Of a stretch of DNA of 64,000 bases, positions 1 to 8,920 are shown one piece after another. The translations under genes were made by a program, and so were the position numbers. Within the stretch, counting starts at the first letter, position 1. Each line of letters starts with the position of its first letter. The stretch is from Spirochaetota bacterium (GTDB lineage: Bacteria > Spirochaetota > UBA4802 > JAFGDQ01): NCBI GenBank assembly GCA_043803405.1, contig JAZDKB010000018.1, positions 32,001 to 96,000 of the forward strand, read 5' to 3'. The notes under the pieces are model-generated. The model made no database searches, had not been told where the DNA came from, and saw nothing but the letters and a program-made list of their open reading frames with translations.

Positions 1-542
1 TGGCTGTAATAGCTCTTCTTGGAAATACCCTTTCAATTATTGCACTTTCAAAAAATAAAAACAGCAATCTTAATATAAAGGCCGCGTTCCTGCATCTTTT
101 ATACGATGCAATTTCGTCCGTAGCTGTAATTATTGCAGGGGCCGTTTTATATTATACGCAGCTTGTCTGGATAGATCTCGCTGTAAGTATAATAATAGTA
201 TTTATGATGATATGGAGTTCTACGGATATTGTAAAGGAATCGTTCAGGATATTTTTGCAAGGCACTCCGCACGGAATTGACCCAGATGAAGTATACGGCA
301 GCATTCAGGCAATAACAGGAGTAGGGAGCGTTCACGGCCTTCATATATGGTCGATCAGTTCGTCGGAGGTTTTTCTTTCATGTCATGTGTGCATTGATCA
401 GAACATAGCAAATATAAACACTGACGAGATCATTAAGAAGGTTAATTCGATGCTTGAATCGGAATACGGGATAAACCATACTACAATTCAGGTTGAAAAT
501 ATTGCTATATGCAGCGTCAAATCCGGATACTGTTGCAGATGA
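1..542 (+). CDS. Cation diffusion facilitator (CzcD/ZitB-like) transporter, 5'-truncated by the window edge
   Basis: Frame open from position 3 reads NLNIKAAFLHLLYDAISS, then LQGTP...VHGLHIWSI...HTTIQVE, typical CDF TM5 and C-terminal motifs. Confidence 0.9.
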   Translation, partial: AVIALLGNTLSIIALSKNKNSNLNIKAAFLHLLYDAISSVAVIIAGAVLYYTQLVWIDLAVSIIIVFMMIWSSTDIVKESFRIFLQGTPHGIDPDEVYGSIQAITGVGSVHGLHIWSISSSEVFLSCHVCIDQNIANINTDEIIKKVNSMLESEYGINHTTIQVENIAICSVKSGYCCR

Positions 543-556
543 AATTTACATGCAGC

Positions 557-1708
557 TTACTTGAATATAAAGACCAGGCCTATTACTACCAGTATAAAAA
601 GTATTACTACAATAACAATTAAAATTGTTGTGTTCGAACTATGTTCTTCCCTGACTTCGCCCGGTGTTTCCGAGGCTATTCTTATATCCTCTTCTTCTTC
701 CTCAATTTTAACATAAATCCCTTTTGCGATTAAACAGAATATTTTATAGCCTCCCTTGGACAAATGTCTGATGGACACTACTCTGCCCATAATTGGGAAT
801 ATCTTTCCTTCTTCGTAAGCTTTAAATGCTTTTGCCACTGTAATTGCTTTGGAATTTGAGGTATCCAGGTTGATTTTTATTCTGTCTCCTGTTTCAACTG
901 ACGAAATAGCTTTGCCTTTTATCGGGGATAAAACCAGATTTCCCATAAGTATCAGCTGAATATCTTTTTTATCGACATCGATGTCTTCATCTGCGTCCGC
1001 TGATTCTGTTCCCTTTTCCTGTTTTTTCTTTTCAGCTTCAGATACTAATTCCTTATCGAGCTTATTACTTGTCTTTGATGACAGTTCCATGTCAAGGGAA
1101 GAGGTTTGCTCATAATCAATGCTCAGATTGATGTTTATGAAGCCAAATTTGTCCTGAATAAATTTTTTAATTATATTATTGGCAGCTATCTGATCATTCG
1201 CTTCAAGGTATTTTTTAAGTTCAAGTGCCCTTTGACTTGCCCCCTTTTGCGTTGAAAATGCCTGTGCCAGCTCCGTTTTCATTTTGGAAGTCATTTCGTT
1301 GTCGTGTCCGCCATGTTCATTTACGCTTATCATGTTTTCTTCAAAATTGCGCCAGCCGGTGTTGGATTTCAGATCATCAACTTCGTAAGAATGGCTCATT
1401 ATTGCGTAAGAATGTATAAGTGAAGAATAGGGGATACTGAAGAAAAACAGAAAAGCTCCATAAGTTGTTGATACTGAAAATTTAGCTTTTACCACATATA
1501 AATCCTTATATGTGCCGGAAGCCATTTGCTTTGCCTTATCAGCATCCTGATGAGTGTAATACATGGAAATATCGAGCTTCTTTTTTTGCTCCGTTAAGGA
1601 ATCGACTGCCTTCTCCATCTGCCCGGTATTTTTTTCAATTGGCCGGTCTTCTTTTTTTTTAAAATTATTTTTTGCGTTTGTATTAATTTCCCGGTTTGCG
1701 TTCATCAT
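557..1708 (-). CDS. Hypothetical protein with C-terminal membrane anchor
   Basis: 383-aa ORF with hydrophobic C-terminus ILIVIVVILFILVVIGLVFIFK. Confidence 0.75.
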   Translation of the reverse strand: MMNANREINTNAKNNFKKKEDRPIEKNTGQMEKAVDSLTEQKKKLDISMYYTHQDADKAKQMASGTYKDLYVVKAKFSVSTTYGAFLFFFSIPYSSLIHSYAIMSHSYEVDDLKSNTGWRNFEENMISVNEHGGHDNEMTSKMKTELAQAFSTQKGASQRALELKKYLEANDQIAANNIIKKFIQDKFGFININLSIDYEQTSSLDMELSSKTSNKLDKELVSEAEKKKQEKGTESADADEDIDVDKKDIQLILMGNLVLSPIKGKAISSVETGDRIKINLDTSNSKAITVAKAFKAYEEGKIFPIMGRVVSIRHLSKGGYKIFCLIAKGIYVKIEEEEEDIRIASETPGEVREEHSSNTTILIVIVVILFILVVIGLVFIFK

Positions 1709-1968
1709 AATTATTCTGTTTTCTCCATATAAAAGTGAAAATCCCTGCGGAGAAGTCCGTGATCATGCAGGGAGAAATTTTTACAGGGTCAGAAGCAATT
1801 TTAAAAATATTTTATTATTATATTCTATTAAAAAATAAAAGTCAAATTATAAACCGGAATTAAAATTTAGATTGATTCTTCAATAAATATCGTTAAGAAT
1901 GAGCCATTAAATTTCAGCAATCCGGCCACTGGAATTTTATTTACAAGAAAGCATGAGGGAGGCTTTAA

Positions 1969-2844
1969 ATGAGACTCAGCGACGAAGCAAGGGTGGGGCT
2001 CTTGATCACTGTAAGTTTTACGATATTTATCGTTCTTGTGGGTGTGCTTGCGAAAATAAACGTATCGCAATCCGGATACAAGCTGAAGATACATTTCGGT
2101 TTTCTGAACGATTTAAGAAAGGGCGCGCCTGTTAAGATCGGGGGCGGAATTAAGATAGGCCAGGTTGAGTCCATAACCCAGGGCGGCGAAAAAACCGAGG
2201 TGGAGGTCTGGATAGATAATAAATATAAACTTATTAAGGCATCCCAGTTCGCTATTTTCACGACAGGATTAATTGGAGAAAAGTATATAAATGTTTTTGT
2301 ACCGCCGTCCGCCGATGTCGGTAAATTTTATCTGGACGGAGATATGGTTTACGGCATTGATCCTGCTAGTTTTGACCAGATGATGCTTACGTTTCAGAGT
2401 TTTTTCCAGGAAAAGAAGGGGGGGCAGGTCCTTGCAGAGATATTCCAGAACTCGAACAAATTTGTTGCTAATTTGAATAATCTTGTGGATGAAAACAGGT
2501 ATGATATAAAAAAGTCCGTGCTTCTTATAAAGACAATGATGTCAACCCTGAATGAGGACACAAAAAATTTTATGGAGCAGCTTAATATCCTTACAAAGAA
2601 TTTATCCCAGCTTTCGGAAAGGAACAAGGAAGATATTTCCATTACTTTGCGCAATATATCCGAAACAACCAGCAGCCTGAACAAAATCATTTACAGAATA
2701 GACAGCGGGCGCGGTACTCTTGGGAAACTCCTTGCAGATGAGGAAATATACAATAACCTAAAAGACGCGTCTTTAAGCGCCAAGCATCTTTTCCGTTCGC
2801 TGGATCAGGACCCGTCCAAACTGCTGTTCAGTCCGAAAAAGTAA
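1969..2844 (+). CDS. MlaD/MCE family protein
   Basis: N-terminal TM (EARVGLL), LRKGAPVKIGGGIKIGQVESI, TTGLIGEKYINV, helical tail GTLGKLLADEEIYNNL; RBS GGAGG. Confidence 0.92.
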   Translation: MRLSDEARVGLLITVSFTIFIVLVGVLAKINVSQSGYKLKIHFGFLNDLRKGAPVKIGGGIKIGQVESITQGGEKTEVEVWIDNKYKLIKASQFAIFTTGLIGEKYINVFVPPSADVGKFYLDGDMVYGIDPASFDQMMLTFQSFFQEKKGGQVLAEIFQNSNKFVANLNNLVDENRYDIKKSVLLIKTMMSTLNEDTKNFMEQLNILTKNLSQLSERNKEDISITLRNISETTSSLNKIIYRIDSGRGTLGKLLADEEIYNNLKDASLSAKHLFRSLDQDPSKLLFSPKK

Positions 2845-2846
2845 TC

Positions 2847-4175
2847 ATGTCCAAAAAGAAAAATATATTTATGTGTATTTCGTGCGGCTCTGCGCATGCC
2901 AAATGGCTTGGCAGATGCCCGGAGTGCGGTGAATGGAATTCGATTGTTGAAACCGAATCCGCCGCGCCTGCGCGTGCAGGGAGAGAAAACAGGGTAGTTC
3001 CGTTATCTGACATTAAAACGGATGAATTGAAAAGAGTGAATACAGGCATTGAAGAGTTTGACCTGGTTTGCGGTGGCGGAATTGTGCCAGGATCAGTGAT
3101 ACTCATAAGCGGCGAGCCCGGGATAGGCAAGTCCACGCTCGCGCTTCAGATCGCGAGCACTTTTAAAACGTTATATGTTTCGGGCGAGGAGTCTGCCGTG
3201 CAGCTGCGGCACAGGGCGATAAGGCTTGGACTTGGAGCGGAAAACATACTTGTGCTGCAGAACGCCTGCGCAGAGGAAATTGTGAAAGCCGCGGGTCTGG
3301 AAAAATTCGGCTGCATTATCGCGGATTCGGTGCAGACGCTCTATACTTCCGGAATGCCAGGCTCGGCAGGATCAATTACGCAGATAAGGGAATCATCAGC
3401 GCGCCTTATAGAGCTTGCGAAAACAACGGGCATCCCCGTTATACTTATAGGCCACATAACTAAAGAAGGCAGCATTGCAGGGCCGAAAATACTGGAGCAT
3501 CTTGTTGACACTGTTCTTTATTTTGAGGGCGATTTTTCAAAAGAATTCCGAATGATACGCGCGTTAAAGAACAGGTTCGGTTCAGTGAATGAGATCGGCC
3601 TGTTCAGGATGACGGACGCAGGCCTTGCAGAGGTTAAGGATAAGAACAGCGTTTTTTTAAACTCGTTCAGCTCCAGCGCGCCTGGCAGCGCTATTTCCGC
3701 GGCTATTGAAGGATCGAGGACAATGCTTTTTGAGGTGCAGTCGCTGGTAGCGTTCACGAACTTTTCCAACCCGCGGCGCATGTCGGACGGATTCGACATA
3801 AACAGGCTTATACTATTGGCAGCTGTTCTTGAAAAGCACGGTTTTATGAAGCTTAACAGTTACGATGTCTTTATTAACCTTGCTGGCGGGTTCCAGGTAA
3901 ACGAAACCTGTGCGGACATGGCTGTTGCGATCGCGATAGTGTCCAGCCTTAAGGATAAGCCTGTGCCGCGCGATACAGGCTTTCTGGGAGAAATATCCCT
4001 GTCCGGAGAGATACGTCCTGTGTCGCAATGCGCAAGAAGGGCGCAGGAGTTCGCGAGATCGGGTTTCAAAAGAATAGTAGTGCCGGAAAATGACGCGTCC
4101 GAAGCAAAAAAGGCATTTAACCGCGAGATTGTTGCAGTAAAAACCATCTACGAAGCAATTGACCGCGTATTTTGA
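2847..4175 (+). CDS. radA: DNA repair protein RadA/Sms
   Basis: C4 zinc finger, Walker A GEPGIGKST, KNRFG motif, Lon-like C-terminus GEISLSGEIRPV. Confidence 0.97.
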   Translation: MSKKKNIFMCISCGSAHAKWLGRCPECGEWNSIVETESAAPARAGRENRVVPLSDIKTDELKRVNTGIEEFDLVCGGGIVPGSVILISGEPGIGKSTLALQIASTFKTLYVSGEESAVQLRHRAIRLGLGAENILVLQNACAEEIVKAAGLEKFGCIIADSVQTLYTSGMPGSAGSITQIRESSARLIELAKTTGIPVILIGHITKEGSIAGPKILEHLVDTVLYFEGDFSKEFRMIRALKNRFGSVNEIGLFRMTDAGLAEVKDKNSVFLNSFSSSAPGSAISAAIEGSRTMLFEVQSLVAFTNFSNPRRMSDGFDINRLILLAAVLEKHGFMKLNSYDVFINLAGGFQVNETCADMAVAIAIVSSLKDKPVPRDTGFLGEISLSGEIRPVSQCARRAQEFARSGFKRIVVPENDASEAKKAFNREIVAVKTIYEAIDRVF

Positions 4176-4181
4176 TTAGTA

Positions 4182-4302
4182 ATCTGAACCATGATTTGCA
4201 TGATTAAAGGATTAGCATGATTGGCGTGTTTTTATGCAGTGCGTTGTTTGCTGATAAACTATGTTCTGGGAAAAAAGCGTTGTTAGCGGAAATCCCCGGC
4301 AA
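4182..4302 (+). repeat. Copy A (diverged) of the GxxExxY-associated palindromic repeat
   Basis: ATCTGAACC..GATT.GCA.GATTAAAGGATTAGCATGAT.TGGCGTGT.TTTATGC...TTGTTTGCTG...GAAATCCC(C)GGCAA aligns with 15068-15218 and 15627-15753. Confidence 0.85.
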
Positions 4303-4309
4303 AATTTAT

Positions 4310-4550
4310 TCACACAAACGGGTTTTCAATTTTCACTCCGTCAACAACCTGGCCGTTCGCAAGGTCTTCAGTAAGCAATTTTTTTGCGCCGCTTTGAATT
4401 ACGGTCTGAATTATCCAATCTGAGTTTTTGCTTCCGCCATATTCAGTGGTTTGTTAATCTTTCAGGAAAATTTTATTGTCTTTCATGAAGTTCTTCTCTA
4501 GAAATCCCGATATGACCCCGCGTGCCGAAGTCATAGCCCTTTTTTTCCTT
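4310..4550 (-). pseudogene. Decayed antitoxin / PIN (VapC-like) toxin remnant
   Basis: Minus strand gives antitoxin-like tail KKGYDFGTRGHIGISREELHERQ* overlapping a start MKDNKIFL, then PIN-like C-terminus IIQTVIQSGAKKLLTEDLANGQVVDGVKIENPFV*; the middle is missing. Confidence 0.7.
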
Positions 4551-4597
4551 AACGGATATGATGAAAATCTCTGTAAAATTCTCTAAATAATTAATTT

Positions 4598-4629
4598 TTT
4601 TTGAGGAATTTATTGGGATTTTTCCTACT
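4598..4629 (+). promoter_or_regulatory. Putative ECF-sigma promoter (GGAATTT-N13-CTACT)
   Basis: 24/32 identical, ungapped, to 8861-8892 upstream of the ECF sigma gene. Confidence 0.55.
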
Positions 4630-4679
4630 TAAGAAACAGGAAAAGTAAAATTACTTAAAATGTCAAATCAGGAGGATAT

Positions 4680-5561
4680 ATGAAAATTCGATTAATAATA
4701 TTGTTCAGTTCTATTGCTGTGATAATTGCATTTGCAGAATGCGGCGGTGGCGGCGGGGGAGACGATGGCGGAGGCGGAACAAACATCAACGTCACCTTTC
4801 TCGGCGTAACGCAAAGTGGCGGAACTTCAGGCACAGCAGATTCAACAGGATTGGTGCTTACATTTGACGCTGACCCGGCAACCATGACTGCGGATAATAT
4901 TGGTTTAACCGGAGCAGTAAAGGAAGGTATTCTATCAGGTACTGGAACAACAAGAACTCTTGCAATTTCGAACATCGGCGTTGCCAATGAAGAGACGGTA
5001 ACAGTAAGTATTACAAGTCCTGATGGATACACGATCACAGGTACGCCGCAGACTGCGGTAGTGTATAGATTACTCGCTATTGGTATGGATTATCTTGGAG
5101 GAAAAATAGCCTATATTCTACAATCCGGCGATCCGGGTTATGACGCCGGTGTACCACACGGGCTTATCGCAGCTACAGCAGATCAGAGTACGGGGATAGT
5201 ATGGGCATTGCCTGCATATCAGTCAACTTCAGTGCTGGGCGGGACAGGAACCGCACTCGGAACCGGCTCGGCAAATACTGACAAGATCATTGCACAGAAC
5301 GGAGTAGGAAGCACCTACGCCGCAGGGTTGGCGCGATCTTATAACGGTGGTGGCTACACTGATTGGTATCTGCCATCAAAAGATGAATTGAACAAACTAT
5401 ACCTTAATAGAGTAGCCATTGGTGGGTTCACTGATATCTACTATTGGAATTCGTCTGAGTCCCTTGCTAGCTACGCGTGGTTCCAGGATTTCTCCGATGG
5501 CACTCATAACGACAACCTAAAGCTCAATCCCGTCTATGTGCGTGCTGTCCGGTCTTTTTAA
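4680..5561 (+). CDS. Lipoprotein with Ig-like stalk and C-terminal DUF1566/CLec-like domain (candidate DGR target 1)
   Basis: Signal peptide ending AEC plus Gly linker; DWYLPSKDEL, YYWNSSE, VRAVRSF*; RBS AGGAGG. Confidence 0.85.
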   Translation: MKIRLIILFSSIAVIIAFAECGGGGGGDDGGGGTNINVTFLGVTQSGGTSGTADSTGLVLTFDADPATMTADNIGLTGAVKEGILSGTGTTRTLAISNIGVANEETVTVSITSPDGYTITGTPQTAVVYRLLAIGMDYLGGKIAYILQSGDPGYDAGVPHGLIAATADQSTGIVWALPAYQSTSVLGGTGTALGTGSANTDKIIAQNGVGSTYAAGLARSYNGGGYTDWYLPSKDELNKLYLNRVAIGGFTDIYYWNSSESLASYAWFQDFSDGTHNDNLKLNPVYVRAVRSF

Positions 5562-5684
5562 AACTATTGGGATGAACTGAATCATTATAGCTCAGTAGTT
5601 ATTTTAAAATTTTATTTAGAAAGGAACGTATCGATGAGAATTATCTTAACGAAATTAATCATCAGTATTTTGGCAGCAATATTG
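5544..5684 (+). repeat. 141-bp direct repeat, copy 1 (gene end, intergenic spacer, next signal peptide)
   Basis: Matches 6726-6866 with 5 mismatches. Confidence 0.95.
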
Positions 5685-6743
5685 TTTAGCAGTTTCTTTG
5701 CATGCGGCGGCGGCGGGGGTGATTCAGAGAGCAGCGATAAAGCCATTACTGCTTTCGCGATTACAAGTCCGGCGGCAACCGGCTCTATTGATGAAAACGC
5801 GAAGACTATAGCCGTTACTGTTCCCTATGTGCCTTCGGTCACTGATTTGGTCGCGACATTTACCACTACCGGATCAAGCGTACAGGTGGGTTTAACGATA
5901 CAGGTAAGCGGCGCGACTGCCAATGATTTTACTTATCCGGTAGTCTATACTATAACCGCCGAGGATAATTCAACTGCGAACTATACAGTGACTGTGACTG
6001 TTGAATGTACTGTAATCTATAATGGGAATGGAAATACAAATGGAACAGTGCCAATTGCAAGCGCAGGCTATAACCAGGGCTCAACCGTAACCGTAGCACT
6101 CAACACCGGAAATCTTTTAAAGATAAATACCGGCGGGGTTTCATATAAATTCGACGGCTGGAATACGCAAGCAGATGGAAGCGGAACCGATTATGCTGCG
6201 GGCTCGGGAACGTTTATTATAAACGCAAATATTACATTATATGTGAAGTGGACTCCTTTTGCATTAAGAGATGTTGGCCCCGCAGGCGGACTGATATTCT
6301 ATGATAAAGGCAGTTATTCCGACAGCTGGCGGTATATGGAAGCTGCTCCAGGCGATCAACAATCTAAAAATTGGGGAACTTATGATTATACAGTACCAGG
6401 CGCTGACGGAACAGCAATCGGGACAGGGAAACAGAATACGCTTGATATCATTGCCGGAGACGCAGCAGCCGACAAAGCTGCAGATGAATGCGCTAATTAC
6501 AGTATCGTAAACAGCGGCGTTACCTTTGACGACTGGTTTCTCCCATCGTATGACGAAGTCGATCAGATGTATTTGAACTTAAAATCTCAAGGGATCGGTG
6601 GTTTCGATGCCGGTCAATATTACTGGAGTTCTTCGGAGTATGGTGTCATAAGTGCATGGGTAAAGTGGTTTGGCAATGGTGCCCCTGCGCATTGCACTAA
6701 GGCCGGCCCGGCTTGTTGTGTTCGCGCTGTCCGGTCGTTTTAA
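5634..6743 (+). CDS. Lipoprotein with cadherin/Ig-like domain, InlB B-repeat-like domain and DUF1566/CLec-like domain (candidate DGR target 2)
   Basis: Lipobox FFAC; NDFTYPVVYTITAED; YKFDGWNTQADGSGTDY; DWFLPSYDEV, YYWSSSE, VRAVRSF*. Confidence 0.85.
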   Translation: MRIILTKLIISILAAILFSSFFACGGGGGDSESSDKAITAFAITSPAATGSIDENAKTIAVTVPYVPSVTDLVATFTTTGSSVQVGLTIQVSGATANDFTYPVVYTITAEDNSTANYTVTVTVECTVIYNGNGNTNGTVPIASAGYNQGSTVTVALNTGNLLKINTGGVSYKFDGWNTQADGSGTDYAAGSGTFIINANITLYVKWTPFALRDVGPAGGLIFYDKGSYSDSWRYMEAAPGDQQSKNWGTYDYTVPGADGTAIGTGKQNTLDIIAGDAAADKAADECANYSIVNSGVTFDDWFLPSYDEVDQMYLNLKSQGIGGFDAGQYYWSSSEYGVISAWVKWFGNGAPAHCTKAGPACCVRAVRSF

Positions 6744-6866
6744 AACTATTGGGATGAACTGAATCATTATAGCTCAGTAGTTATTTTAAAATTTTATTTA
6801 GAAAGGAGCGTATCAATGAGAATTAACTTAACGAAATTAATCATCAGTATTTTAGCAGCAATATTG
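6726..6866 (+). repeat. 141-bp direct repeat, copy 2
   Basis: Matches 5544-5684. Confidence 0.95.
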
Positions 6867-8006
6867 CTCGGAAGCTTTTTTGCCTGCGGAGGCGGGGATG
6901 ACGACGGCGGCACTGGAGGCGTAACAAACATCAACGTCACCTTTCTCAGCGCAACTCAGACAGGCGGTACTTCGGGCACAGCAGATTCAACAGGCCTTGT
7001 TTTAGAGTTTGACGCTGACCCGGCAACCATGACTGCGGATAATATTGGCTTAACCGGGGCTGTAAAGGAAGGTATTCTGTCTGGCAGCGGAACAATGAGA
7101 AGTCTTGCGATTTCAAATATCGGCGTTGCCAATGGAGCAACAGTAACAGTAACTATTACAAGTCCTGACGGATACACGATCACCGGCTCTCCGCAGACAG
7201 CGGTGATATACAGAGCGCCTGTTAACGTCACTTTTCTCAGCGCGACACAGACCGGCGGAACATCGGGTACAGCAGAATCAACCGGCCTGACGCTGGCCTT
7301 TGACGCTGACCCGGCAACTTTGACTGCGGATAATATCACTGTCAACGGGGCTGCAAAAGGAGCCCTGACCGGCACAGGAACCACGAGAAGTCTTGCGATT
7401 TCCGATATTAACGTTACCAATGAAGGGACTGTGATGATTACCATTACAAGTCCCTCCGGATATTCAATTACAGGCACACCAAAGACCGCGCTGGTGTACA
7501 GATTTACAGCTGCCAATATGACCATAGGCATGGACTACCGCGGAGGGAAGCTGGCATATATTCTTCAGGCCGGCGATCCCGGGTATGACGTAAATGTGCC
7601 GCATGGACTCATAGCGGCAGCAACTGACCAGAGTGGAGGAATCAACTGGGCTTTAGCAGCATATCAATCAACATCAGTGCCGGGCGGAACGGGCTGGACC
7701 CTCGGGACTGGTTCGGCAAATACGAATAACATTATAGCGCAAAACGGTGAAGGGAGTGCTTACGCAGCAGGTCTTGCCCGCGCATATAATGGCGGCGGCT
7801 ATTCAGATTGGTATCTGCCGTCGGCTGATGAGCTGAATATGCTATACCTTAACAGGGGACTTATCGGCGGTTTCAACAGTAGTTACTATTGGAGTTCGTC
7901 AGAGTACTTTGCTGACGGAGCGCGAATCCAGTATTTCGGCGATGGCACCCAGCTCGGCGGCAATAAGAATAATTACTGGCAAGTCCGGGCTGCCCGGTCC
8001 TTTTAA
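6816..8006 (+). CDS. Lipoprotein with duplicated Ig-like stalk and DUF1566/CLec-like domain (candidate DGR target 3)
   Basis: Lipobox FFAC; two copies of NVTFLSATQTGGTSGTA...TPxTAxxY; DWYLPSADEL, YYWSSSE, VRAARSF*. Confidence 0.85.
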   Translation: MRINLTKLIISILAAILLGSFFACGGGDDDGGTGGVTNINVTFLSATQTGGTSGTADSTGLVLEFDADPATMTADNIGLTGAVKEGILSGSGTMRSLAISNIGVANGATVTVTITSPDGYTITGSPQTAVIYRAPVNVTFLSATQTGGTSGTAESTGLTLAFDADPATLTADNITVNGAAKGALTGTGTTRSLAISDINVTNEGTVMITITSPSGYSITGTPKTALVYRFTAANMTIGMDYRGGKLAYILQAGDPGYDVNVPHGLIAAATDQSGGINWALAAYQSTSVPGGTGWTLGTGSANTNNIIAQNGEGSAYAAGLARAYNGGGYSDWYLPSADELNMLYLNRGLIGGFNSSYYWSSSEYFADGARIQYFGDGTQLGGNKNNYWQVRAARSF

Positions 8007-8094
8007 GAATGATCGTGAGGTATCCATGTAAAGACGTATCATACCGCGCTTTTCGAGTCAGCAGGTTTAATGGCAATGGTGACCTGCCGGCTTC

Positions 8095-8216
8095 AAAGCT
8101 AATAGCTCCGTTGCCTAAAGCTGCAGCCTTCGGATTCCAGGGTTATATGTCCGCAAGCTGAGCTATTAGTTTCACTTTTCAGGTTAAAAGCTCCAAATTT
8201 AAAGCTAATAGCTCCG
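8095..8216. repeat. Short degenerate repeat cluster
   Basis: AAAGCTAATAGCTCCG exact at 8095-8110 and 8201-8216, with an inverted partial copy at 8160-8172. Confidence 0.7.
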
Positions 8217-8239
8217 GTTTCAAAGGTAAATACTTTCTT

Positions 8240-8551
8240 TCAGGCATTTTTAGCTTCGCCGTCTTCAGTTTTGCCGGTTTCATCCTGAGATTTTTTAAAC
8301 CTCGCAGAGAGATCATTGTAAATGGCCTCAGCCTTAGGCATGTTTGAGTCCTTGGCGTTTTTAACTGCATTGTAAAAAGACCTTGCCTCTTTGTACGCGT
8401 CCGCACCCGCGAGATGCCTGGTATCGGTGACACCCATAAGAAGCTGCTCAAGCGGTTTCTCGAATCCGCGTAAAAGTTCAACAGCATTCATGTCCCTTGT
8501 GAACTCAGCAGCATCAAGATACTTCGGAGCGAGCTCAGGGTTCTTCTTACC
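8240..8551 (-). pseudogene. 5'-truncated helical hypothetical protein
   Basis: Frame reads GKKNPELAPKYLDAAEFTRDMNAVELL...AIYNDLSARFKK directly after a TGA (8552-8554), with no start or RBS at its 5' end. Confidence 0.55.
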
Positions 8552-8860
8552 TCATAAATTATTGATCTTGATTTTACCTGCGGGTAAACGCGTCCGTAAT
8601 GTCCGCGCCTAAGGGGGCTCAAAAACCTGATTCGGAAAAATCGCCCAGCTTAACATATTTTATTTTTACGGCACAAGCATAATATTTTAAAAAGGATAAT
8701 TCTTTTTTATTGCCGGTACATAAGTATAACTTGTATCAACGGAACAGGAAATTACTCTCCGCAAAAAATTCGTTTCTGTGTGTTATTATATACTTGATAA
8801 AATGAGTCGAATTTTATATGAAGGGAGAGGTTATTTTTGCTAAATTATATTATTTTAAAA

Positions 8861-8892
8861 TTTTTGGGGAATTTTTCCCAGTTTTTTCTACT
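8861..8892 (+). promoter_or_regulatory. Putative autoregulatory ECF promoter
   Basis: TTTTTGGGGAATTT-N13-CTACT, 28 nt upstream of TTG 8921; twin at 4598-4629. Confidence 0.55.
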
Positions 8893-8920
8893 ATACATTC
8901 GTAAAGCAAAGGTGCTTACA

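Noticed and set aside
4217..4423. 68-aa plus-strand ORF
   Set aside because: Made of repeat copy A plus the antisense of the PIN remnant
4740..4780. GGC tracts as phase-variation repeats
   Set aside because: Imperfect in-frame Gly-linker codons; slippage would not shift the frame
8007..8836. DGR template repeat next to the CLec lipoproteins
   Set aside because: No AAC-rich copy of the variable region found by eye here or elsewhere in the window
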